The notes below the pieces were generated by a model that saw only the letters and a program-made list of their open reading frames with translations, searched no databases and had not been told where the DNA came from. This document shows, piece after piece, positions 49,511-61,670 of a DNA stretch of 64,000 nucleotides. How positions within the stretch are numbered: the first letter of the stretch is position 1; the number at the start of each line of letters is the position of its first letter. The position numbers and the translations under genes were made by a program. This DNA is from Hemiscyllium ocellatum (taxonomy: Eukaryota), in the NCBI RefSeq assembly GCF_020745735.1, contig NC_083409.1, positions 8,545,534-8,609,533 of the forward strand, in the 5' to 3' direction.

Positions 49511-51461
49511 TGCATCTTTGCAGTTTGTGTTTCACTGATCAGGGACAGTGAAGCAGCTGCCCTCTAGTGACGAGAGACCGCTTGCCCTGCTGCAGAGGAT
49601 TATGGGTAAAGTCCCATTCCATTTGCGCCCACACAAACCAGCAGCCATTTCAGCTGCTTTATTGAAACTCACAAGCTTTCAAGGGGCTGCTCTTTCAACG
49701 GTATAACTGGACTTAATACATCAGTTGAGGCCAAACCCACTTGTCATATAGCTGAGCATCTCTTCCTGGCTTTTAAGGGACACCCAAAAATACGAATTCG
49801 GGACAGTTGAAGGAGATTCATCATCTTGATCCTGTTCCACATGGCGGATCTGATTATTCCACATTCTTGCGTAACTCTGATAGATTACTGATAAGCAAGG
49901 GATGAAAGGCTGTCTAACTCTTCATTACAAATATTCATAGATTTCAGTTGACCTTTTGAACGAGAGTTTCAAAGACCTATGACTGTATGTAAGACAAAGA
50001 ATTCTGCTTTTCTTATTCTTAAATGAGGGAACTTAGTTTTGTATTACCCCCGAAAACGTAACATGTTATCACATCCAGACTGTATTCTATGCTAATGTTG
50101 ATATGGCATCTGCTTTATCAGCTGTTCTGTCATGAAAACAGCTGTCTGTGCTAATACGTTCCGTGACTACTGCACATAATCATCCAGGTCCTACTGCCCC
50201 TACAGCTATCTATATTTGTATCCTTTAATTTGATTTGTCTCACCACATTTTCCTTAAAAAATGAATCACCAACATCTCTTTCCATTAAATTGTATCCGCA
50301 ATCATCTCCTCATTCCATTAACCTCTCTGCATCCTTTATGAAGTTCGACACTATCTGCTTCATAAGCCATAATAATTCAAAGTTTTATATCATCAGAAAA
50401 CTTTGAAATTATGCCTTGTGCAATCAGGTTAACATAGATTTATTGCTAACATTTATTTTAAATAAATTATCATCTGTTTTGACCAAATTGCCCGGTCAGT
50501 TAGGCCATGGCTAACCTGGAACACATTCCCCCTTAGTTGTGTAAACCTTTCTGTCTTGAGCGAACAAACATCGAACCCCGGCCTTGACAGCTTTTCCAAA
50601 TGCGAGTACCGGATTTTCACACTTTTTCAGAAGGAGTTCTTCCTGAAATCTTCCTAATTTTAATTTTAACAACCCTCTTGTTCTGAACTCTGGCACGAGA
50701 GAAAACAGTTTACATCAACATTGTTAATCATTTCCAGAGGAAAAGCCTCACTTATGCAACCTGTTTGCTCTCATTAAAAGTTTCAGGTCTTAAGGTGACA
50801 TGACAGTCTGCATACTGAGAGGATGGTTCCTGTTGTATGTCACACAAGAACTAGAGGGTCAATTTAACACAAAGCAGTCTCCCGTTTAAAACCAGGAGGT
50901 TTTGTTTTGATGGCTGAGGGTCGACAGTCTGGGGAATTCTCTTCCCTACATGGGAATGGAGGTTGGGTCATTGAGTTTACTCAAGGTTGAGGTATACAGA
51001 TTTTTGATGAACATGGCAGTTAAGTATAATGGATGAATTGGGGGAAGCAGAAAGCGCAGCTGAGACCACACCCAGATGAGCAGTGATCTTCTTCATTGGC
51101 ACAGCAGCTCCCAAAAGGCCTGCTCCTGCTCCTGGGTCCTATGTTCTGGCAGTGGCTGCAGCAATCCTGGACCCCCATCTTTCCTTTTTCACTCACTTAC
51201 AAAAATATCATTTCAAAACAAACATTATTTTCTTTAACAAACACAACTCAACTCTTGTTACATTATTTTTCTCAGCTGTCTTCTTATCTCCACAGGTTTT
51301 TGGAAACATACGTTTTGTCTTCAGTTGGAAGGGAGGCAGACAGAGACAGAATGAGGTCTCAGAGAACACAGAGAGCTCTCACTCTGCACAGCAAAGCTTT
51401 TTTGGGTGGGGCCGAAGAGGACAGAATCACGGGGAAAAGAGAACTCAGAACCTAATGATGA

Positions 51462-52137
51462 TGTAGACCCCCTTGCAGGACCCCTCGGTCTCATGATCTG
51501 TTAAAATAATCACTAGGAGGACTGTCTGGTTAAAGCAATGTTACCAGTTGAATAAATTAAGGCAGCCTGGCGCAGATTTGTTCAGCATCACGGAGGTTGA
51601 AAGCTTCTGTGTTCCATGGAGAAATGGCACAATTATATTCAAAAATTACACATTATTTATATGATTTTTAAGAGATAGGACAGCCTTCATTACAAGAAAA
51701 GAACAATCACACATAACAAGTTGACATGATTTACAGCAGGTTAATCCAATGATATTTCCTGGGAAAGTGTTCTTAATTACAAGAAAAGTTCGATCAACCA
51801 TAATAAAGTGATATGATTGCCAACAGGCCAGTCCAATGATATTCCCTGGAAAACAGATTGTTATACGCACAGAATCACCCCAGGTTTGCTGGTTCAGGAT
51901 TAGTTCAAATACCAAATCACTGTCTTATAATTCCTATTCTGAAAAATCCATTGTAATCTCTGAAATTGCATTTCCCTTAACCCAGCAAAGCAGCAGCATA
52001 AGTTCACAAGAGTCAAATCATTACTTTCAGCCATGTTGTTGTGTTACTTTAAATTGAAAATCCATTTTGTGGTTAATAAAAATCTACATTTCCTTGTTGC
52101 TTCTGACAACAACCCAAATTCAAATTTTAGATCCTCA
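51462..52137 (-). mobile_element. Probable ERV 3' LTR
   Basis: Polypurine tract AAAGGGGGGAA (52148-52138) directly followed by TG; internal ~87-bp imperfect tandem units; TATAAAT near 51660; end uncertain (TTAACA at 51499 or GGGGTCTACA at 51462). Confidence 0.55.
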
Positions 52138-52154
52138 TTCCCCCCTTTGTCATT

Positions 52155-54050
52155 CTATGACCACACCATAAAGGCATGGATCAAATTAACCCAATCCAAT
52201 GGCAGCGAAAGACAGCAACATTTTCTCTTCCTCCGAAGATAAATCAGGGGCAGGCGATGATGCTTCTCATCATCATCTAAGTGGAGAAGAAACATTCTCT
52301 GGGTGGAGCCAATGTTGTCAATAGAAATTAATATTTTAGCAATAATACTCTTAACAATAGCAATACCAATAAAAAGACCAACTAAAACAATAGCAGCATA
52401 CATAGCCATATTGATAAGCCAGTTGTACCTTGAGCCAAAACCCCAATCTCCCAATCCTGCACCTTCATTCATTTGGTTGACAAAAGTGTGGATGCTACCT
52501 ATATGCCTAGTAATGTTTTCGATGAAATTAGTGACCCCCATGATACTCTTTCCTTTGACTATAGTGCAAAGTCCACCTTCCTTCACAAGTATGTAATCAA
52601 GAGCATAGCTGTTTTGTTGGGTAAAGAGGCACAATTCTGAAAGCATGTCCCTAATTTCTATTCGGCCAGCAGTTGTCTCATTTCATGAAATCGTGAGTCC
52701 ACAAATGAGATAATTTGATGACTCATAACTCCTGAAGACGCTCCTACAGAAAGAACACTAAGAGCTGCATATGCCAATGAGTGTGTTTTTTTTGATAGAA
52801 CCCTTGCATTCTTCCATTCTGCACAAAAGTCGGGAGGAATTTGAATCTTGTTGCCAGGTAATTAGGCAGGGAACAGTAGTTGGACATAATGTTCCTACAG
52901 CGATATCATGATATGTACCTGCTCTATTCAGGTCAAGGTAGGTATATGTCTTATTGTAACTGAAAAAAATAATATCCAGGTTTAGTATAGATAATGGAGG
53001 GATCTTCCCAATAAGAATCGAGCCTATCTTTGTAACTTACTGGAGTACCTGTGTAATTCATGATTACATAATTTGGCCCCGAACGTGAAGGCTGAAAATG
53101 ATTTAGTCGAATGAGGTGGGTTTCTTGATAAGGGACGTGGTTGACATCCCAGAATAGTTCGACCCATCCAATAATTGGGAAAATATTAGTGCCATTTGTG
53201 GTATCATAACGAAGGTGGGTGTTGTTATCCACCTTACAAAGGGTTTGAATACCAGTGGTAATAGAGACACATTTCTCCTTAAGACATACACATGAGATGC
53301 AATTTCCTTCAAGGAAGCAGTGATGACTGATGCATTTAATCATAGTACAGGGGATAATTTTAGGCACTTTTATATAAGTGCATCCTCCTCATCTCTTACC
53401 ATTGTAGCAATTTGGACAGCATATTGCGGATTTATTGGAGGAAGTCCATAATCCTGTAAATGCTTTAGAACTATTGTATACCCCCATGTTAGGAGTTGGA
53501 AGAATAAAAGGGGTCAGGGAGTCTTTGCTGAAGTAAGAGCATAACAAACTACTTCATCCTCTCCAAATATTTTATTATGGGCTTTTAGAAACATATTGCT
53601 AGTGAAGGATAACATCCCCCTTTGTCTATTTTAACATGATCTATCTGAAAGGGGGCAAGTCTTACCAGGGATGCCCATTGTACAAATGTAATCAACTGGC
53701 ACACAACACCTTTACAGGGTAAAGACCATTTAGACTTGTTCTGTAAATTAACTGTTCAATCTTTTTGAAGCAGTTGATCACTGCAATGGTCATTCTTGGT
53801 AACATTCAGCTTCTCGGCACACAAGAACATCTTCCTGGCGTAGTTGTTACGCAATCTCTGTTTGCTCAGGATCGCACAGGTAAACTATTCCTTCTTATGC
53901 ACCAATGCTGCCAATGGCAAGTCCACACAGCAGGTCAAGTTCGATCTTTATCATCTCCCTCTTGCAAGGTAGGCAGCCGCGGAGTGTCCATTGTAATAAA
54001 ATATAAACCGTTTCCTCATTTTATATACAATATACACATAATCAATTAAA
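52155..54050 (-). pseudogene. env: ERV env pseudogene (gamma-type Env); TM part still open 52646-52155
   Basis: Immunosuppressive-domain-like QNSYALDYILVKEGGLC, then a hydrophobic membrane span (YAAIVLVGLFIGIAIV); upstream frameshifted PGYYFF.YNKTYTYL.LN.AGT and AEKLNVT SU-like motifs; 5' boundary approximate. Confidence 0.85.
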
Positions 54051-54299
54051 ATAGACAGCAGCAAAGAAGGAACACAAACTCATCTCGTAAGAGTCACCCA
54101 TATTCTGGTTTGAGTATTGAGGGAGTACCCTATTTGAGGCCATAATTTGTGCTCTTCAGCAAGCTAAGAGCAATTTTGAAATAAATAATTCTCAACTTAA
54201 TCAAGTTCAAACAGCCCAATTGAGTAAATATATTGCCCACACTGGCAAAAGGCTGGTTCATTTTAAACTCTGTACTCGAGATTCCTTTCCTACCCATTA

Positions 54300-56450
54300 T
54301 TTTCTTACTTTATACAGAGGAGCTTAGGCATGGGTGAATTAAGCAAACCTAGTTTTTATAAATCCAGCTTTGCTAAGTTTAATACTTCTTGAAGTTTTGC
54401 TACTAAAAATATCAATATTATCTAAAATTTAGATTAGTTCTGCAATATATTGTAATCTCGAAAAAAAAATACATTAACCTTTAGCCCAATCAAATGACCT
54501 GAGCTGCAGCTGTAGTTGACAGTATTTAGAATTAAGTGTAGTAACCGGATGGTGATTTTGAGCAGAGAAATTGGTCATGAATATTGCATGGAGCGCAATG
54601 CTGCCCCCAAATTATGGTAACATGACACAAAGCTTTCAATCCACACTGAAATTTTCAAATATTGAGGTAACCCTAGAATTTAGACAATGGTACTGTCTTA
54701 AAATTATAAACCATCACTGTTCAGTATCAAATATTTTATTGAAGATAATAGCTCAGCCAGACACTCCTTCTTCGATCTAACAGTCCAATCCAAAATAAAT
54801 CAAATCAACCAGTGTGCATTTTTATAAACTCCATACACAAAGCAAAGACATTTAGGCTTAGCGTCTATGTATGAAACCAAATCACTTGGTAATTCAGTCA
54901 GGGGTACATTTTAATATAAAGTAATTATTGCAGAAATGGAAATTTGCAAATTACTTCCAAATTTCTAAACAATATGGAAAGCAATCCAAACACTAAACCT
55001 GTATGATTACAGTCAGTAAGCAATACAGAAATCAACCTCTACATTGTGAATTGGCACTGAACAGACAGTCTCATTCCTCCATGATTTCTGCACCTCACCT
55101 AGGTCTGGTAAACACGTCCTTATACTGTGTCTAACCGGCTTTGCGAGGAACTCAATGCGATCAGAAGTTTGGGGAGTAAGGCTGCCTACTTGGCAGCTGC
55201 ATCTACTTGCCTGCTACTTCAGAAACAGTCTCAGTTTCTTCAGCATGAGCCGAACATATTGATAATTGTCAGATTGATTGGACAAAGTAACATTACTGTA
55301 ACACTGCCCCCTTGAGGTTAAAAGTCTTCAATGTTCCCACAAGGCTCCAAAATCGTGGATCATATTAAAAGTACAACGAAGATTCAGTGCATGTTAGTAC
55401 AGTTTCCTTTTGATAGCATTAAAACATGTCTACTCCCAACGTCAGCATCGGGGTACATTACTCCCCATTGCCACATTTCAACAGTTAAAGCAAGAGCCAG
55501 GCATTTGTCCCTGGATGATTTTGCTGCCTTGTTGCCAGTCTCAAAGGTGAAATACTGGGGCCTGCCTGTCCCCATTTCCAGGATCCGTTCGGGAAAAGAT
55601 TGTACAGCCGTGCTCGTCGGGTGGGCACATGAGATAGTTCCACCCCCAGTGGGTATCCTGGTTCCAATCAACCCTATCAGGGCTGGAATATGACATTTGG
55701 GATCACGTGGGCGCTGGATACAATTCGTTTTCCCTGTAACTTGCATCATGGTTCAGTCCGGTTCTGGCCATCCCTATAGAAAACCACCACTCACCTCATT
55801 TGTGACTAGAAATTCCTGGACTGTTTCGTAATGTTGGTCTGGGTCCTGTCAGTGACTCCAGGTAGAAAACATTGCAAAAACATCAGACAGATCGGCAAAT
55901 CTTACAGTCTTGTAACACAAGCCATTCATATTCAGGTTACTCCCAGAATTTTACTGCATTTACATTTGTATCACCCTTAGACATATTGATTAAATTTGGC
56001 CAGTTTGGTCTTGCAGTCAGGGGCATGGCTCATTAACATAACTCTCGTTCCTGGGATGGGACCTGGTTTAGGATGGCGCAGGCCACTTATCACCATGATA
56101 TTGGCTATGAAGACTGAATGCTTCATTTCCAAAAGAAGGAAAGGTTTGCAACAAGTGGGTGGTTTAAAATTAAAGCTGGGGACAATCAGGAGATGTTAGG
56201 TGCTCTGTGGGTATACAAGAACAAAATCCCAATCCTCAAAAAGGGTCGGTATGTCAGACATAGGCTCGGGATTCCGAGTAGAATCTAAGTTCTTTATTTT
56301 GTGGTATTGTTGCTTTAAGCTTGTTTATATATTCCTTAACCTTAGTGGCCTTAAACTCTTTTCTCATGTCCCGTCTTTTTATATACCCATTTACAGTCAC
56401 CTCCCCAGCTTTTGGGAGTCCCATCTGCTATATCTCTATCCTCCAATCAC
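54300..56450 (-). pseudogene. pol: ERV pol pseudogene, epsilon-like (RT thumb/connection, RNase H, integrase core)
   Basis: After correcting frameshifts by eye: SPAL..KPFLL and Q.HGDKWP (~56170-56080); LFPNGS (~55590); IHDFGALWEH*RLLTSRG (~55360-55310); II(K)CSAH..SEG.RQVDAAAK*AAL (~55260-55180); VEVDF and VI..RFSVWI.AF (~55040-54975). Confidence 0.7.
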
Positions 56451-58279
56451 ATGCAAAATTTCTTCAACTAGTCAGTAAGGTAGCTTTCTTTTCTTTAATT
56501 AACAATGAATTAATGCAGCCATGTTTTAAATTAACCATGAGGCAATGGGACAGGTGACTGACAATGTGTAAAGGGATAAAAACAAGCGTCCCCGCCAAAT
56601 AATTTTGGTTTGGGCTAAAATAATTGATCATTATAAATATTAGAACATATTATTATAAAATAATAAATAAAATAATCATTATCTGTAATTCATGGTGGAA
56701 ACCCAACAAGTGACTAAGACATTTTAAAAACTGTACTCTGCTGCTTTATTCTTCTTATTGCATCATTCTATTCCCTTTGTATTTGATCTCATTGCCTGTA
56801 TTTTCATTTTAAACTTATTTAACCAATTTATGTTTGTCTAACTTTAAAGCCTGTTCCTAGCAATACATTTCGGAATCTTGATTGTCATAATCTGAAAGTT
56901 AGTTTTAGGATTTGAATTTCCAGCTAATCAAAAATTGCAAGAGGAGAATAACTAAATAGGTGATTTGTCTCATTCACTTGTCCTGGTCACTGTATCATAT
57001 GGCTGTCACATTATGGAGCCTGCTAACTCCATGGCAACGTGCAGTGATGCTACAAAAGAAACAGTGTTTGATTTACCACCCAGTTCCTCTATATGTTTGG
57101 CTATCGTTATTGTGCAAAAGGTGCAATGCTGGGTGTCAGCAGTGCCTGCTCAAGTCAGCAGGCGTCCTTTTTTATTTGTTAGGGACACCTAATGATATGG
57201 ATAGAATTCAGTTTGGATTTTGTTTTTGGTGAGAGCACTGAGTGGCGTGGTACCAAGCATACTTTACGCATTACTGAGTGGGGATCCAGCTGAAGAAGCG
57301 TCCAGAAAAGAAGTTTTCATTTATTTTGTGGACATTGGAGGATCAGCAGAGGTTAGTTCTCTTTGTCTTGTTTTGAGAGCAGATCTCCTCTGTGGTGATG
57401 GTCATTATTTTTACAATATATATCTGAATAACATGCAACATTTTATTTTGGAAATTCATTTATTCAGTGTTTAATATTGAAAATGCAAAATGTAAACGGT
57501 TCCCAACTTTGAAATCCACTATATTTATCTGGTTTTAGTCCCTTAATTTAAATCCAAGATGAGGATTCTTAAGTGGTCCTGACCAGTCATTGCCCATTTG
57601 CAATGTAAAGGTCGTGAAATAACTGGAGCTGCCTTAAGATGTCTTGTAAATTCAAATGAAAAAAAAAACTCCTAATGCACGAATAATGGCCAAATCCAAA
57701 GACACAGATATTAACCACAGTATATTAATTTTGTTAGATGATTTATCACAACCTAATGTTGAACTGAAACTTCAATTGTCATTGAGGGAGGGGACTCCCT
57801 GAATAAGACTACAACTGTCCTTACGAATAATCACCATTAAAACACAGCAGTCTTAGAATTAAGAGGAAACAAACGAGTCCAAAACAAATAAAAGCTTATA
57901 ATGTTCTTTTCCTCCATATTAGACTGATCTGAAATTGAATAAGGTTGGCTTTCATGTAAGGTTAAAAGAGATTGGTTAGAAACTAACAGTAGGGCAGTCA
58001 TGACATGCAAAAAGAACAGGAGTTAATATTTTATTTCACAACAACTGAAGGGTCCTTCACCTTAATAGAAATCGTGTTAAATTTCCAAAATGCAAATCAG
58101 ATTCAAAACAGTCCTGGATCTTGAACTCCAGGGAAAAAAGGACAAACTTTCAATCGCCAACAAACAAATGTGTATTCAAACCGAATCACAAAGGGTTAAT
58201 CTTTGTACGCGTTTTAGGGCTTTCTCTGCCTCTCTCTCTACCTCTGTCTCTCACATAGACACATATACCATATATTAGT

Positions 58280-58714
58280 CTGGATCACTTCTCGGCCTTT
58301 TGGCTCGGAATATGTGTACTTCCTGAGGAGCAGAGAAAGAGATTCTGCTCGAGAGCTGCGGGTTCGACGCTGCGGACGTGCGCTGGCGGGGTAGAAACCA
58401 CGGGGATCGTGTTGCGAGTCGTCGGAACTGCTGGAGACCATCGCTGGAACGTGATTGGACACTGGAGGATCGTTTGGTTGTGCTGGCCTGCTCTTGGTAG
58501 ATCTTTATTCTGGCTTCGGCCTAACGCCAATTCAGTACCAGCCAACCTCAGAGCTATGGCCTCAGCAGCCGCTCGCAGTCCTGGCCAGGGCATTCACAAC
58601 ACAGTCAGGGTAACTGTGAAGAAGGTGGAGGAGCACACACCAGTCAATCAGAGGGCGTTTGTGAAGAAGGTTTTGCTGGAGACCTGTGGGTTTGCAGTAG
58701 TGGATGAGGGCTGC
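58280..58714 (+). mobile_element. Tx1-like LINE, outer element: 5' UTR and ORF1 start
   Basis: CpG-rich leader; ATG 58556 MASAAARSPGQGIHNTVRVTVKK...CGFAV, continuing in frame at 61671. Confidence 0.8.
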
Positions 58715-61670
58715 TCTCTTGACCACTGCCTCCTGCTGGCTGACTGTCACCTCCAGGACGAGCCGTGGGCAGGTAAGGGAATGTGGAAGCTGAACACTAA
58801 GCTGTTGACCATGGAAAACATTGAGGAGCTCAAGAGGAACTAGGCAGGTTAGAGAACTGTGAAGCCCCTCTTTGAGTCCCCAGTGGACTGGTGGGAAACA
58901 GTAAAAGGGAACATTAAGATGTTCTTCATCCTCAAAGGTGTTCAGGAGGCGGGGAAAACTGTCCCAGCTCCAGGAAAGTATGCAGAAAATGCACCTGCTG
59001 CAGATGATCGGGGTCGATGTCACGGAGGACCTCAAGGAAGTGAGGGGCCAGCAAGCATCGCTCTTAGCATCAGAGGCTTCCAAGATAATCTTCCGGTCCA
59101 GGGTCCGCTCGGTGGAACAGGACGAGACGTGCTCACGTTTCTTCTTCCAGAACGTGCACAAAGAGAGCTCTGTGCTCAGCAGCCTGAAGGAAGAAGACGG
59201 CTCGATAACGTCATCTCAGGCTGACGTCATGAGGATCAGTAAATCCTTCTATGCCAGTCTGTATGACGCGACGCCGACCAACAGCGCGGCCTCCCAGTCA
59301 TTCCTGTCGTCTGTCACGGAGGTCTTAGATGACAGTACACGCGAGAGGCTGGACCAGCCACTATCTCTGGACGAGCTGACCAAGACCCTCAAGTCCTTCG
59401 AAAAGAATAAAACTCCCGGAAGCGACGGCTTACCGGTCGAGCTCTATTCCGCTCTGTGGGACTTGTTCGGACAGGACCTGCTGGAGGTGTATGTCAGTAT
59501 GCTTCGGGCAGGTACCATGAGCGAATCCATGAGGAAAGGCATCATCACCCTCATCTACAAGCGGAAGGGGGAGAGGGAGGAACTCAAAAATTGGAGCCCA
59601 ATCACACTGTTGAATGCGGATTACAAAATCCTGTCAAAGGTAATCGCCAACTTGGTCAGGCCTGCTCTGGGGTCGGAGATTCACCCCGACCAAACCTGTG
59701 CTGTGCCGGGCAGGAAGATCGCTGAGAGTCTCGCACTCCTCAGGGATACGATCGCCTACGTGCAGGACAGAGGGTTGGACGCCTGCCTGATGAAGCTGGA
59801 CCAGGAGAAAGCCTTTGACAGGATATTACACAGGTATATGAGAGATGTTCTCTCCAAAATGGCTTTGAGGAGGGAATCTGCAATTGGATCAGACTGCTAT
59901 ACACGAACATCATCAGTGCACTCTCAATCAATGGGTGGTAATCAGATAGCTTCCCAGTCAGATCTGGAGTCAGGCAGGGCTGCCCTCTTTCTCCTGCCTT
60001 GTTTGTGTGCTGCATAGAGCCATTTGCCGAGTCCATCAGGAAGGATACGAGCCTGAGAGGGGTGACTTTTCCTGGCAGCGGGGGCCTGCAGGTGAAAGCC
60101 TCCCTGTACATTGATGACGTCGCCGTTTTCTGCTCGGATCCGCTGTCCGTGCGCACACTTGTGTGCATTTGTGACCAGTTCGAACGGGCCTCAGGGGCCA
60201 AGGTAAACCGAGGCAAGAGCGAGGCCATGCTCTTCGGGAACTGGGCCGACCAATCCTCGATCCCCTTCACCGTCAGGACCGACCACCTGAAGGTGCTGGG
60301 TATTTGGTTCGGGGGGGCTGGGGTGTGCGCCAAGTCTTGGGAGGAGCGTATCAGTAAAGTGAGAGAGAAACTGGGCAGATGGAAGCTACGGTCGCTCTCC
60401 ATAACGGGAAAAAACCTGGTCATCAGGTGTGAGGCACTGTCATTGCTGTTGTACGTGGCACATGTCTGACCTATTCCCAGAACCTGCGGCGCTGCAGTCA
60501 CTCGGGCCATCTTCCAGTTTGTATGGAGTTCAAAGATGGACCGGGTCTGAAGGGACTCGCTAGACAAAGATCTGGGCAACGGGGGATAAAATACACCCAA
60601 TGCCACCCTCACCCTGATGGCCACCTTTGTGTGTGACTGCATCAAGCTGTGCATGGATCCCCGGTACGCAAAGACCATGTGTCACTACGTACTGAGGTTC
60701 TACCTGTCCCCAGTGTTGTGAAGGATGGGCCTGGCGTCACTGCCGCGGAACGCTCTGAGTAGTTGGACCGTTCCGTATCACCTGTCCTTCGTGGAGAAGT
60801 TTATGAATTAACACCTTTGACCACAAGTCCATCAGGAAGTCGTCAGCATGTAGTGTCCTCGAGACACTTCGGGAAAAGGAGAGGGTGGATCCTATCGAGC
60901 GGTTCCCTGAGCAGACTGTCAAAGCCATTTGGCAGAATGCCTCATCAGCAGAACTGTCCAACATGCACCAAGACATGGCTTGGCTGGTGGTGAGAAGGGC
61001 TCTGCCTGTGAGATCCTTTATGCACACCCGGACTCTCAGCCGCACCGCACGCTGCCCTCGAAGCGTCTGCGGAGAGGAAGAGACTGTCACACACCTCCTT
61101 CTGGAATGTGCCTATGCAGAGGAAGTCTGGAGAGGAATGCAATGGTGTTTGTTGAGGTACGTCCCGATCAGCGCCGTGACGCGGGACTCCGTGGTCTACG
61201 GCCTGTTCCTCGGCACGCACACTGAAACGAACATCAACTGTGCCTGGAGGATCATCAACTCGGTGAAGGACGCTCTCTGGGTGGTCCGAAACCTGTTGAT
61301 CTTCCAGCTGAAGAAGTTGACCCCGACTGAGTGTTGAAGACTGGCACATTCCAAGGTCCAGGACTAAGTGTTGAGGGACGCTCTGAAGCTTGGGGCAGCT
61401 GCCACCAAGGCGCGGTGGGGAAAGACCACCATTTAACATCTGCCTACCTAAAGAAGAACAGGGGGCCCATGCAGTCGTTTGGGCTCTGCTGACGCCTCAG
61501 ATAAATATATGGGCATATGAATGAGAAATGCACAGACCTGTATGTAACAATGATAATTTCTGATGTTTATATGTAAATGTTGACATAGGTATGGCATGAC
61601 CAAATGTACAGACCATAAAATTATTTTATGATTATTTTACGAATAAAGTATATTTTTGAAATAAAAAAAA
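58715..61670 (+). mobile_element. Tx1-like LINE, inner 5'-truncated copy nested in ORF1 of the outer element
   Basis: Starts at the endonuclease end (DHCLLLADC); RT KNKTPGSDGLP, LDQEKAFD, YIDDVAVF; several stops; 3' UTR with AATAAA and A-tail ending 61670. Confidence 0.9.

Larger units (their letters stand above)
4640..49650. repeat. Large imperfect inverted segmental duplication (arms ~4640-26950 and ~29600-49650)
   Basis: Colinear inverted matches: 4640-4760/49530-49650, 5040-5525/49030-49510, 11890-14560/36650-40950 (patchwise), 20905-23105/33500-35128, 26115-26920/29620-30434. Confidence 0.88.

Noticed and set aside
57550-58200. Possible RT catalytic core (catgtcatgactgcc as decayed YVDD) of the ERV
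   Set aside because: It needs several edits, and it lies ~1.5 kb from the RT thumb motifs, too far for a colinear pol; not supportable by eye.
59740-60678. 312-aa antisense ORF (similar to 3414-3851)
   Set aside because: It is the antisense frame of Tx1 ORF2; the recurrence reflects the repeat family, not an independent gene.
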